Shown here in pieces: positions 46,805 through 55,462 of a stretch of DNA of 64,000 bases. The position numbers and the translations under genes were made by a program. The DNA comes from Alphaproteobacteria bacterium (lineage in GTDB: Bacteria; Pseudomonadota; Alphaproteobacteria; SP197), in NCBI GenBank assembly GCA_965228895.1, contig OZ245842.1, positions 2,720,001 to 2,784,000 of the forward strand. Reading direction: 5' to 3'. Every line of letters begins with the position of its first letter. Position 1 is the stretch's first letter. The notes below the pieces were generated by a model. That model was given only the letters and a program-made list of their open reading frames with translations. It was not told the DNA's origin and did no database searches.

Positions 46805-48082
46805 TTAGGGCGCCTTGGCAACCACGAGGCTGGCATTGGTGCCGCCAAATCCGAAGGAGTTGCTCAGCGCGGCGCGAACCGGCCGCTCTTTGGCATTCAA
46901 CGGCACGAGATCTACGCCTTCGCAAGCGTCCGAAGGGTCCTCGAGGTTGAGTGTCGGCGGCACCACGTCGTTCTTCACCGCCATGATCGCATAGATCGCC
47001 TCGACACTGCCGGCGGCGCCCAAGAGGTGGCCGATCGACGACTTGGTCGACGACATCGAAATCTTAGACGCCGCATCCCCGAACAGCCGCTTGACCGCGC
47101 CCAGCTCGATTTCGTCGCCCAGCGGCGTCGATGTACCGTGGGCGTTGACGTAGTCGATGTCATCGGGCGTCAGCGACGCGTTTGCCAGCGCGCTCTTCAT
47201 CGAACGGTAACCGCCGTCGCCGTCATCGGCGGGCGCTGTGATGTGGTGGGCGTCGCCCGACAGGCCGTAGCCGACGACCTCGGCGTAAATCTTGGCGCCC
47301 CGCGCCTTGGCGTGCTCCAGTTCCTCAAGCACGACGATGCCGGCACCCTCGCCCATGACGAAACCATCACGCGCCTTGTCCCAGGGCCGGGACGCGCGCT
47401 CCGGTTCGTCATTGAAATCGGTCGAAAGAGCCCGCGATGCGGCGAAACCGGCGACACCGATCGGGCACACAGCGGCTTCGGCACCGCCAGCGACCATGAT
47501 GTCGGCATCGCCGAACTTGATCAGCCGCGAGGCATCGCCCAGTGCGTGGGCGCCGGTCGAGCATGCTGTGACAACCGCGTGGTTCGGCCCCTTGAAGCCG
47601 TGACGGATCGAGACGTGGCCGGACGCCAGGTTGATCAGGGAGGAGGGAATGAAAAACGGGCTGACCCGCCGTGGACCCCGCTCCTTCAACAGGATCGATG
47701 CCTCGGCAATGGTCTTGAGCCCGCCGATGCCCGAGCCGATCATGACACCGGTGCGGTATCGATCCTCATCTGTCTGGGGCTTCCAGCCAGAGTCCTCCAC
47801 CGCCCGCTGCGCCGCCGCGACAGCCAGGATGATGAAGTCATCCATCTTCCGCTGATCCTTCGTGTCGACGTAGTCGTCGGCGCGAAACGCGTAGGCCTCG
47901 TTACCGGTGGGTGGCTGGCCGGCGATCTTCGCCGCCAGGTCGCTGGTGTCGAAGTTGTCGATACGGCGAATGCCAGACTCGCCGGCAACCAAACGCGACC
48001 AGTTATGCTCCACGCCGTCGCCGAGCGGCGTCACCATGCCCATGCCGGTAACGACGACCCGTCGTTGATCAACGTTATGCAT
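46805..48082 (-). CDS. fabF: 3-oxoacyl-ACP synthase II
   Basis: RRVVVTGMG, GPNHAVVTACSTG, DGFVMGEG, NAHGTSTP, STKS.IGHLLGAAG, SNSFGFGGTN. Confidence 0.97.
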   Translation of the reverse strand: MHNVDQRRVVVTGMGMVTPLGDGVEHNWSRLVAGESGIRRIDNFDTSDLAAKIAGQPPTGNEAYAFRADDYVDTKDQRKMDDFIILAVAAAQRAVEDSGWKPQTDEDRYRTGVMIGSGIGGLKTIAEASILLKERGPRRVSPFFIPSSLINLASGHVSIRHGFKGPNHAVVTACSTGAHALGDASRLIKFGDADIMVAGGAEAAVCPIGVAGFAASRALSTDFNDEPERASRPWDKARDGFVMGEGAGIVVLEELEHAKARGAKIYAEVVGYGLSGDAHHITAPADDGDGGYRSMKSALANASLTPDDIDYVNAHGTSTPLGDEIELGAVKRLFGDAASKISMSSTKSSIGHLLGAAGSVEAIYAIMAVKNDVVPPTLNLEDPSDACEGVDLVPLNAKERPVRAALSNSFGFGGTNASLVVAKAP

Positions 48083-48126
48083 GCGAAGCGGCTCCCGCCG
48101 ACCCGCCGCCCAAAAGCGTCACCGGA

Positions 48127-48363
48127 TCAGTCGGCGTGCTGGTCGATGTAATCGATCGCATCCTTGATGGTGAGGATCTTTTCCGCAGCGTCATCGGGGA
48201 TCTCGACACCGAACTCCTCCTCGAACGCCATCACCAGCTCAACCGTGTCGAGGCTGTCGGCCCCCAAATCGTCAATAAAACTCGCGCTGTCCGTGACCTT
48301 GGCTTCATCGACGCCGAGATGGTCGACGACGATCTTTTTTACGCGATCAGACACATCGCTCAT
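48127..48363 (-). CDS. acpP: acyl carrier protein
   Basis: [21 protein letters not shown]; GGAGG RBS upstream of ATG 48363. Confidence 0.98.
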   Translation of the reverse strand: MSDVSDRVKKIVVDHLGVDEAKVTDSASFIDDLGADSLDTVELVMAFEEEFGVEIPDDAAEKILTIKDAIDYIDQHAD

Positions 48364-48537
48364 CGGGACACAACCTCCATGATTTCTCAAGAATTTCCGT
48401 GACTTGCGGGTTATGGAAAAGCCCGCCGCATGACTGAAAACCGTTGTCCCCTACCCCCGGGGCGCGTCCATGTAACACACTTTAGTCTGGCATGCGATAG
48501 CTGGAAAAGCCCCTTTTCAGTGGACCAAATCCGCCAA

Positions 48538-49275
48538 TCAGATCATGGCCATGCCACCGTTGACGTGCAGGGTCTGACCGGTGACGTAAGCGGCTTCGTC
48601 GCTGGCCAGATAGACGGCTGCCGCCGCGATGTCGTCAGACGCGCCAAGCCGGCCTGCGGGAATGCGCTCCAGCAGCTTATCGCGGACATCGTCGTTCAAG
48701 GCGTCGGTCATGGCCGTTTCGATGAATCCCGGCGCGATACAGTTGACCGTGATGCCGCGCTCCGCGACCTCCTGGGCGAGTGACTTCGACATGCCGATCA
48801 TGCCGGCCTTGGCGGCGGCGTAGTTGGCCTGACCCGGATTGCCGGTCACCCCGACGATCGACGTGATGCCGACAATGCGGCCATGGCGGCGCTTCAGCAT
48901 GCCGCGCAGGAGCGCTCGGGTCAGGCGAAAGCCGGCCGTCAGATTGACGTCCAGAATGGTCTGCCAATCGTCATCCTTCATCCGCATGGCAAGCGTGTCG
49001 CGGGTGATGCCGGCGTTGTTGATCAAAATGTCAACCTGGCCCATGGCTTCATCGGCGGCCGCCGCCAGCGCCGCCGGCGCCTCAGCCTCGGCAAGGTCGG
49101 CGACCAGCACATGGCACCGCTCGCCGAGCGATCCCGCCAGCTCGTCGAGTGCGTCGCGCCGGCGCCCGGCGATACCGACGGTAGCGCCCTGGGCATGCAA
49201 AGCCCGCGCGATCGCGCCGCCCAGACCGCCGGAAGCGCCGGTCACCAATGCGGTCTTGCCGGAAAGGTCGAACAT
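48538..49275 (-). CDS. fabG: 3-oxoacyl-ACP reductase
   Basis: TGASGGLG, NNAGITRD, GNPGQANYAAAKAG, APGFI.T.MT, GQTLHVNGGM. Confidence 0.97.
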   Translation of the reverse strand: MFDLSGKTALVTGASGGLGGAIARALHAQGATVGIAGRRRDALDELAGSLGERCHVLVADLAEAEAPAALAAAADEAMGQVDILINNAGITRDTLAMRMKDDDWQTILDVNLTAGFRLTRALLRGMLKRRHGRIVGITSIVGVTGNPGQANYAAAKAGMIGMSKSLAQEVAERGITVNCIAPGFIETAMTDALNDDVRDKLLERIPAGRLGASDDIAAAAVYLASDEAAYVTGQTLHVNGGMAMI

Positions 49276-49301
49276 CCGGTCTCTCCCTGGGATAATCCCT
49301 G

Positions 49302-50243
49302 CTAGAACGTTTTCAGGACGGCCTCGACATCGTCGGGCGTCTCGACGGAGACGCCTTTGAGGTCGCGGTCGATTCGGCGGGCAAGCCCGCTCAGCACCTT
49401 ACCGGTCCCCAGCTCGACCAGCGTGTCGACGTCGTGCTCCTTCATCGTCAAGACACCCTCGCGCCAGCGGACGGTCGCGGTGACCTGTTCGACCAACAGG
49501 CGGCGTATGGTTTCCGGCACGCCGACCGGTTCAGCGGTCACATTGGCAACGATCGGGACGGCGGGCGCGGCGATCGTTACCGATTCAAGCGCCTCGGCCA
49601 TGCGATCGGCGGCCGGCTGCATGAGGGGGCAGTGAAAAGGCGCGCTGACCGGCAACATGATCGCGCGTTTGGCGCCCTTCTCCGTCGCCAGTTCGGCAGC
49701 TTTTTCGACCGCCTCCTTGGCGCCGCTAACCACGACCTGGCCGGTCGAATTGTCGTTGGCGACAGCGCAAACGCCAATACCGCCGGCCTCGCCAACCAGT
49801 TCTTGCACGTCATCGAGGTCAAGACCCAGGACCGCCGCCATTGCGCCCTCGCCCACCGGCACAGCCTCCTGCATGGCCTCACCACGCAGGCGCAGCAGGC
49901 GGGCGGTTTCGGCCACCGGCAGCGACCCGGCGGCGACCAGGGCCGAATACTCGCCCAGCGAATGGCCGGCGACCATCGACGCCATTTGGTCGAGCGCCTG
50001 GCCGCCTTCGCTTTCCACCACTCTGAGGACCGCGACCGATGAGGCCATCAGCGCGGGTTGGGTATTGGCGGTCAAGGTCAGATCGGCTTCAGGCCCCTCC
50101 GCCATCAGCCGAAACAGGCGTTGTTCCAGGGCGTCATCGACCTCCTCGAAGACGTGCCGGGCCGCAGGAAATGCCTCGGCCAGCGCCACGCCCATACCGA
50201 CCTTCTGGCTGCCTTGGCCAGGAAACACGAAGGCACGCGTCAT
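49302..50243 (-). CDS. fabD: malonyl-CoA:ACP transacylase
   Basis: FPGQGSQ, T.N.QPA, GHSLGEY, VSAPFH..LM, VRW. Confidence 0.97.
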   Translation of the reverse strand: MTRAFVFPGQGSQKVGMGVALAEAFPAARHVFEEVDDALEQRLFRLMAEGPEADLTLTANTQPALMASSVAVLRVVESEGGQALDQMASMVAGHSLGEYSALVAAGSLPVAETARLLRLRGEAMQEAVPVGEGAMAAVLGLDLDDVQELVGEAGGIGVCAVANDNSTGQVVVSGAKEAVEKAAELATEKGAKRAIMLPVSAPFHCPLMQPAADRMAEALESVTIAAPAVPIVANVTAEPVGVPETIRRLLVEQVTATVRWREGVLTMKEHDVDTLVELGTGKVLSGLARRIDRDLKGVSVETPDDVEAVLKTF

Positions 50244-50307
50244 AAAAAGCCCTTACACTTGTTGGAAACCGCCCGGGAACGCCCCCGCCCGGCGCCTGAA
50301 TCGGCGC

Positions 50308-50370
50308 AGTCAACGGGCTCGACAGGGCCCTGTCAAGCGTGCTTGATCGCCAAGGCAAAATCGCTATAGT
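50308..50370. promoter_or_regulatory. divergent sigma70 promoters for fabD (-) and rpsF (+)
   Basis: Minus strand: TTGACA (50336-50331), 17 bp, TTGACT. Plus strand: TTGATC (50343-50348), 16 bp, TATAGT (50365-50370). Confidence 0.55.
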
Positions 50371-50469
50371 GCGCCGCTCGCTGGCGCAGGCCCCTGGGGC
50401 CAGATCGGCGTGACCGATTGGTGCGCCGGCGTTCGTCTTTTGTCGTTCTAGTTTGAGAGGAAGGGCCCG

Positions 50470-50973
50470 ATGCCTTTCTACGAGAGCACGTTTATCGTGC
50501 GACCCGATGCGTCGCCGCAGCAGGTCGAGACCCTGGCCGAAGAGGTCGAGGGCATGATCAAGGAGCATGGCGGCGCCGTCACCAAGACCGAGATGTGGGG
50601 CCTGAAGTCGCTCGCCTATCGCATGAAGAAGAGCCGCAAGGGCCATTACGTCTTCATGAACGTCGACGCGTCCGGCGATACGATCCATGAGTTGGAGCGG
50701 AACTTCCGCATCAACGAGGATGTCATCCGCTATCTCAACATCCGTGTCGAGGAGCTCGACCCCGAGCCGACCGCGATGATGAAGAGCCGCGCCAGCCGCG
50801 ACGACCGTGGCCCGCGTCGCGACGACCGTGGCCGTGATGATCGCCCCCGTGGCGACCGTGATCGCGACGACCGCCCCCGTGGTGACCGCGACCGGGATGA
50901 CCGGCCGCGCGACGCCAAATCAGACAGTGCTGCCGGCGAGGCCGCAGCCGCACCGAGTGGAGACGAGACATGA
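50470..50973 (+). CDS. rpsF: 30S ribosomal protein S6 with R/D/G-rich repetitive tail
   Basis: [29 protein letters not shown]; tail of RDDR-type repeats. Confidence 0.97.
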   Translation: MPFYESTFIVRPDASPQQVETLAEEVEGMIKEHGGAVTKTEMWGLKSLAYRMKKSRKGHYVFMNVDASGDTIHELERNFRINEDVIRYLNIRVEELDPEPTAMMKSRASRDDRGPRRDDRGRDDRPRGDRDRDDRPRGDRDRDDRPRDAKSDSAAGEAAAAPSGDET

Positions 50974-51230
50974 GCGCCATGCGTCAGCCAGGTCCGCCGC
51001 TGGCACCGCGCCGCCCGTTCTGGCGCCGCCGCAAAACCTGTCCGTTCTCGGGCGATGGCGCGCCGGCGATCGACTACAAGGACGTCAAACTCCTGCAGCG
51101 CTACATCTCCGAGCGCGGCAAGATTGTTCCCAGCCGTATCACCGCCGTTTCCGCGAAGAAACAGCGTGAGTTGGCCAGAGCGATCAAGCGAGCCCGTTTT
51201 CTGGCGCTGTTGCCCTACGTCGGCCAGTAA
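50970..51230 (+). CDS. rpsR: 30S ribosomal protein S18
   Basis: [48 protein letters not shown]. Confidence 0.98.
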   Translation: MSAMRQPGPPLAPRRPFWRRRKTCPFSGDGAPAIDYKDVKLLQRYISERGKIVPSRITAVSAKKQRELARAIKRARFLALLPYVGQ

Positions 51231-51258
51231 AGCCGCCGACCGGCACCGGCCGGCCTAA

Positions 51259-52233
51259 ATGATCGCTAATCTCATCGCCGTCGTCGCGGGCATGGTCGCC
51301 GCGACGCTTTATATCGTCGGCTTGTCGTTTTCGGCATGGGGCCTGTTCCTGGTCTTTCTGTCGCCGCTGCCGATTTACATGGCCGGCCTGGGCGCAGGCG
51401 CCGTCGCCAGCGGTGTCGCGGGCGCCGTCGCGGTGATTGCGGCATTCTTGACGTCGGCCGCCGATCCGCTGCTGGGCAGCGTGTTCAGCGTCTTTTTTGT
51501 CCTGCCGGCGTTCCTCTTGTCCCATCTTGCGGTGCAGTCGCGCGAAGACGAGGACGGCAAGACCCATTGGTTCCCGCTCAACGGTTTGCTGCAGGTGCTG
51601 ATCGTTATCGGCCTGCTGTGTGTCGCGCTGGTCTCCATTCTGCTGGGCCTGACCGAGAAAGGCCTGGCGGGCACGATCCGCTTTAACCTGGACCTGCTCG
51701 TCAGCGCGCTCTACGCGGAATCGGAACCGGCGGCATACGCCGATATCGTCGATCAGTGGGACAGCCTGGTATTTGGGGCCGTGATCGCAACGGTCATGGC
51801 CAGCCAAGCCTGTTGCGGCGCCCTGGCCCAGGGTTTGCTGGTGAACACAGGCCGGAATCTTAGGCCCAGCCCCTCATTCTGGCGCCTTGAGATGCCAAAC
51901 TGGACCGCGATTGCCGGCATTTTGTGCCTATTGGTCGCCTTTCTGGCCGAGGACATATTCGGGAGCGCGACATGGGTGCTGTTCGTCACCTATGTCGCGA
52001 CCGGATTTACACTGGTTTTTGTGGTCGGATTCCTGCTACAGGGGCTCGCCGTGATGCACGCGCTGACGCGCGGCCTGTCGTTTCAGTTTCTGATTCTGAC
52101 CGGCGTCTACATGATTGTCGTCGTGTTTCAGCCCTTCGGGGCCCTGACATTCGCCGCCTTAGGGCTGGCAGACCGCTGGGGCAATCTCCGTGAGCGTTTT
52201 GGCCCGGGGCTTGACCTAGAGATGGAGGACTAG
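51259..52233 (+). CDS. DUF2232 (YybS-like) membrane protein
   Basis: Multiple TM helices, PLP...AGL..G, WFP, QGLAVMH, G..D; conserved position between rpsR and rplI. Confidence 0.8.
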   Translation: MIANLIAVVAGMVAATLYIVGLSFSAWGLFLVFLSPLPIYMAGLGAGAVASGVAGAVAVIAAFLTSAADPLLGSVFSVFFVLPAFLLSHLAVQSREDEDGKTHWFPLNGLLQVLIVIGLLCVALVSILLGLTEKGLAGTIRFNLDLLVSALYAESEPAAYADIVDQWDSLVFGAVIATVMASQACCGALAQGLLVNTGRNLRPSPSFWRLEMPNWTAIAGILCLLVAFLAEDIFGSATWVLFVTYVATGFTLVFVVGFLLQGLAVMHALTRGLSFQFLILTGVYMIVVVFQPFGALTFAALGLADRWGNLRERFGPGLDLEMED

Positions 52234-52899
52234 ATGGATATCGTATTGCTGGAGCGTGTCGAGGCGCTCGGAAACATGGGCGACGTGGTCAACGTCAAGC
52301 CCGGCTATGCCCGTAACTTCCTGATCCCGCACGGCAAGGCGCTGCGCGCGACCAAGAACAACATCGCGGAGTTCGAGGCCCGTCGCGCCGAACTGGAAGC
52401 GCGTAACGCGGAACTCAGGTCCGGCGCCGAAAACTCGGCCAGCGATCTGGATGGCGCCCAGGCGATCCTGATCCGCCAGGCAAGCGACAGCTTGCAGCTT
52501 TATGGCTCCGTCAACGCGCGCGATATCGCCAATGCGCTTGCCGAGCAGGGTTACGAGATCAACAAGCGCCAGGTGGTGCTGGAGCACCCGATCAAAAGCC
52601 TGGGCATCCACGAGGTGCGCGTTGCGCTGCATCCAGAGGTCCACGTCACGGTTGTGGCCAATGTCGCGCGCAGCGCCGACGAGGCGGCCATTCAGGCCGA
52701 GACCGGGCGCGCCGTGGGCGCCTTCGAGGAAGAAGAGGCCGAAGAAGCCGCCGCACCGGCGATCGAGGACCTGGTTGAGGCCGAGGTCGCCGAGCAGGTT
52801 CTGGAAGATGTCGCCGAGGCCACGGACGAAGACGTTGATGATGCCTCGGAGGGCGCTGACGAGAGCACGGCTTCCGACGAGGACGAAACCAAGGATTAG
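52234..52899 (+). CDS. rplI: 50S ribosomal protein L9 with acidic tail
   Basis: LLE.V..LG.MGDVV.VKPGYARNFLIP.GKA, LYGSV, PIK.LG, NVARS..EA. Confidence 0.98.
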   Translation: MDIVLLERVEALGNMGDVVNVKPGYARNFLIPHGKALRATKNNIAEFEARRAELEARNAELRSGAENSASDLDGAQAILIRQASDSLQLYGSVNARDIANALAEQGYEINKRQVVLEHPIKSLGIHEVRVALHPEVHVTVVANVARSADEAAIQAETGRAVGAFEEEEAEEAAAPAIEDLVEAEVAEQVLEDVAEATDEDVDDASEGADESTASDEDETKD

Positions 52900-52991
52900 C
52901 TCCACCTCGGTTGCAATCCCATCCATTGTCCGAGTCGCGATGACTGGCTAACATAGTCGCGGGTTAGGTCTTTGTGGGGGATGCGCGCGGC

Positions 52992-54206
52992 ATGTTGCTC
53001 GCCGGCTTCCTTAACCGTCTGATCGATGTCGGCCATTTGCGGATGATCGATTCGCGCGGAAAAACGCATGATTTCGGCACGGTCGGCGCGCAGCCCTCGG
53101 TTACGCTGCGCCTGCATGATGCCGCGCTCGAGCGCAAGCTGCTGATGAATCCCCGGCTCTACGTCGGCGAGGCCTATATGGACGGCACGCTGACCATCGA
53201 GGATGGCGATCTCCGGGACTTCTTCGCCGTGATCGGCGCCAACATGGCGAGGCTCTATCGTGACGACCGCTGGAGCCGCCTTGCCGGCTTCCTGCGCCGC
53301 AACGTGTTGCGGCCGATCCAGCAGCACAATCCCGTCGGCAAGGCGCAGAAGAACGTCGCCCATCACTACGACCTCTCCGACGATCTGTTCGATCTCTTCC
53401 TGGACGAAGACCGGCAGTATTCCTGTGCCTACTTCGAAACGGAGAACAGCACGTTGGAGCAGGCCCAATCCGACAAGAAGCGCCATTTGGCTTCCAAGAT
53501 GCTGTTGCAGCCGGGCCAGAAGGTCCTGGATATCGGCTCGGGCTGGGGCGGCATGGGTATCTATCTGGCCAAGACCGCCGATGTCGATGTCACCGGCGTT
53601 ACGCTCTCGAAGGAGCAGCACGAGGTGTCAAACCGGCGCGCGCAGGAGGCCGGCCTCTCCGACCGCGTGCGGTTTCTGCTGAAAGACTACCGCGACCTCG
53701 ACGAACGGTTCGACCGCATCGTCTCGGTCGGCATGTTCGAGCATGTCGGCGCCGGGCACTATGTCGAGTTCTTCCGCAAGGTCCGCAGCCTCTTGACCGA
53801 TGACGGCGTGTGCGTGCTGCATTCGATCGGACGCTTCAGCGAGCCCGGCAACACGAACCCCTGGCTTCGGAAGTACATCTTCCCGGGCGGTTACACGCCT
53901 GCGCTTTCCGAGGTCATGACGGCGTTCGAACGCACGCACCTCATCTCAACCGACATCGAGATCCTGCGCGTTCACTACGCCGACACGCTGAAACACTGGT
54001 GGCGACGTTTCACGGAGAACCGCGACCGTATTCGCGAACTCTATGACGAACGCTTCTGCCGGATGTGGGAGTTCTACCTGCTGGCCTGCGAGAACGCGTT
54101 CCGCAACGACGACCAGATGGTCTTCCAGCTGCAGTTCTCCAAAAAGCTGATGACCGTGCCCCTGACCCGCGACTACATGGTCGATTGGGAACGCGCCCAC
54201 GGCTAG
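52992..54206 (+). CDS. cfa: cyclopropane-fatty-acyl-phospholipid synthase family SAM methyltransferase
   Basis: GEAYMDG, NVAHHYDLS, QYSCAYF, VLDIGSGWGG, DRIVSVGMFEHVG, KYIFPGG, RMWEFYL. Confidence 0.9.
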   Translation: MLLAGFLNRLIDVGHLRMIDSRGKTHDFGTVGAQPSVTLRLHDAALERKLLMNPRLYVGEAYMDGTLTIEDGDLRDFFAVIGANMARLYRDDRWSRLAGFLRRNVLRPIQQHNPVGKAQKNVAHHYDLSDDLFDLFLDEDRQYSCAYFETENSTLEQAQSDKKRHLASKMLLQPGQKVLDIGSGWGGMGIYLAKTADVDVTGVTLSKEQHEVSNRRAQEAGLSDRVRFLLKDYRDLDERFDRIVSVGMFEHVGAGHYVEFFRKVRSLLTDDGVCVLHSIGRFSEPGNTNPWLRKYIFPGGYTPALSEVMTAFERTHLISTDIEILRVHYADTLKHWWRRFTENRDRIRELYDERFCRMWEFYLLACENAFRNDDQMVFQLQFSKKLMTVPLTRDYMVDWERAHG

Positions 54207-54250
54207 TCGTTTCTTCTTTCGAAAACGAAGGCTGGGACGTCCGTGGGAAG

Positions 54251-54375
54251 CCCCCTCACCCAGCTCCGGCTAGGGCGCTGCCGCGCCCAAGTCTGCACAA
54301 CCATCTCCTTCATTGGGGAGAGGGAAACAAAGACGAGCTCCCTCTCTCCTTGAGGGAGAGGGCCGGGGTGAGGGG
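54251..54375. repeat. alphaproteobacterial REP-like palindromic intergenic element
   Basis: CCCCTCACCC ... GGGTGAGGGG outer inverted repeat with inner CCCTCTC-TCCTTGAGG-GAGAGGG hairpin and a GGGGAGAGGG unit, between convergent genes. Confidence 0.7.
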
Positions 54376-54430
54376 TCGCGCGTCAGCGCGCAGAAAGATC
54401 GACGATCAAAACGGCGCCGTCGGTGAAAAG

Positions 54431-55228
54431 CTAACGCGGCACGGTTCTATCGAGGAAATCCAGCAACAACGTGTTGACCATGTCCGCGCCTTCGGTGGTC
54501 GGCAGGTGCCTGAGGCCCTCAAGGATGATGCATTCCGCACGCGGTATCGCGGCCGCCATGGCTTGCGACATCGCCGGTGTCGAGCCGCGGTCGAGTTCAC
54601 CGGTGGTCACCAAGGTCGGACAGGTGACGGCAGAGAGGCGCCCGGTGAGTTGCGGATCGGCGCCGGCAAAAATCTTGTAGGCCATCAGGAAATCTTCGGG
54701 GTTGTTGGCCTCAAGGCGATCGCGAATCGCCCCGACAGACTCCGGATACTGCTGGCGATAAGACTCTGACAACCAACGCTCAAGTGCCGCATCGATCAGC
54801 GATTGTGTGCCCTCCCGTTCGGCCTGGCGAACCCGCGTGCCGATACCGGCGAGCTGTTCAGCGCTGCGGTCATAGACCCCGTTCATGAGGATCAGCGCGG
54901 TCAATCGGTCGGACGCGGAGAGTGCAAACTTGAGTGACACGAGCACGCCCATCGACAAACCGACCAGCGCGAATCGGTCGAGCTTCAGCGCGTCGCAAAG
55001 CCGCGCGAGTTGGTCGGCGAAGTCGGCGAGTTCGAGCTCCTTGTCGGGCCTGGGCGTTTGGCCGTGACCCAGCATGTCGTAGCGAATCGTTGTGTAGCGC
55101 GGCGCGAGCGCGGGCACCTGCGCGTTCCACATGGTGTGGTCCAGCCCGACGCCATGGATCAGCACGACCGGCGGACCGTCGCCATCGATCGCGACATGAC
55201 TGCCGCCTTCAAACCGTTCTTCGCTCAC
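54431..55228 (-). CDS. alpha/beta fold hydrolase (3-oxoadipate enol-lactonase-like)
   Basis: VLIHGVG, YDMLGHG, GLSMG nucleophile elbow, GELD, terminal His. Confidence 0.88.
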   Translation of the reverse strand: MSEERFEGGSHVAIDGDGPPVVLIHGVGLDHTMWNAQVPALAPRYTTIRYDMLGHGQTPRPDKELELADFADQLARLCDALKLDRFALVGLSMGVLVSLKFALSASDRLTALILMNGVYDRSAEQLAGIGTRVRQAEREGTQSLIDAALERWLSESYRQQYPESVGAIRDRLEANNPEDFLMAYKIFAGADPQLTGRLSAVTCPTLVTTGELDRGSTPAMSQAMAAAIPRAECIILEGLRHLPTTEGADMVNTLLLDFLDRTVPR

Positions 55229-55279
55229 CCACCGCTCCCATCAGGTTCGGCCACAGTGTTGCCGCCGTGGTAAGGTTAC

Positions 55280-55343
55280 TTATCCACACGGCAGGAGGCT
55301 GGCAATCGGAGGCAGGGTGCCGTTCTTAAAATCATTCCCCACA
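55280..55343. promoter_or_regulatory. DnaA boxes upstream of dnaB
   Basis: Perfect TTATCCACA at 55280-55288; TTCCCCACA (2 mismatches) at 55335-55343. Confidence 0.55.
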
Positions 55344-55462
55344 ACACCGGACGGGTCGGCGCGCACGCCAGACGATTTTTTCGTCGGCACACGAAGAGTT
55401 GGCGCGCACTGCCATGCCGCTTTCTGTTAGCTTGATGGGCTCACTCCAGTTCGACAGGCGCC

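Noticed and set aside
50795-50915. GACCG-rich tandem-like repeats as CRISPR or VNTR
   Set aside because: In-frame low-complexity R/D/G tail of S6; no spacer structure or cas genes
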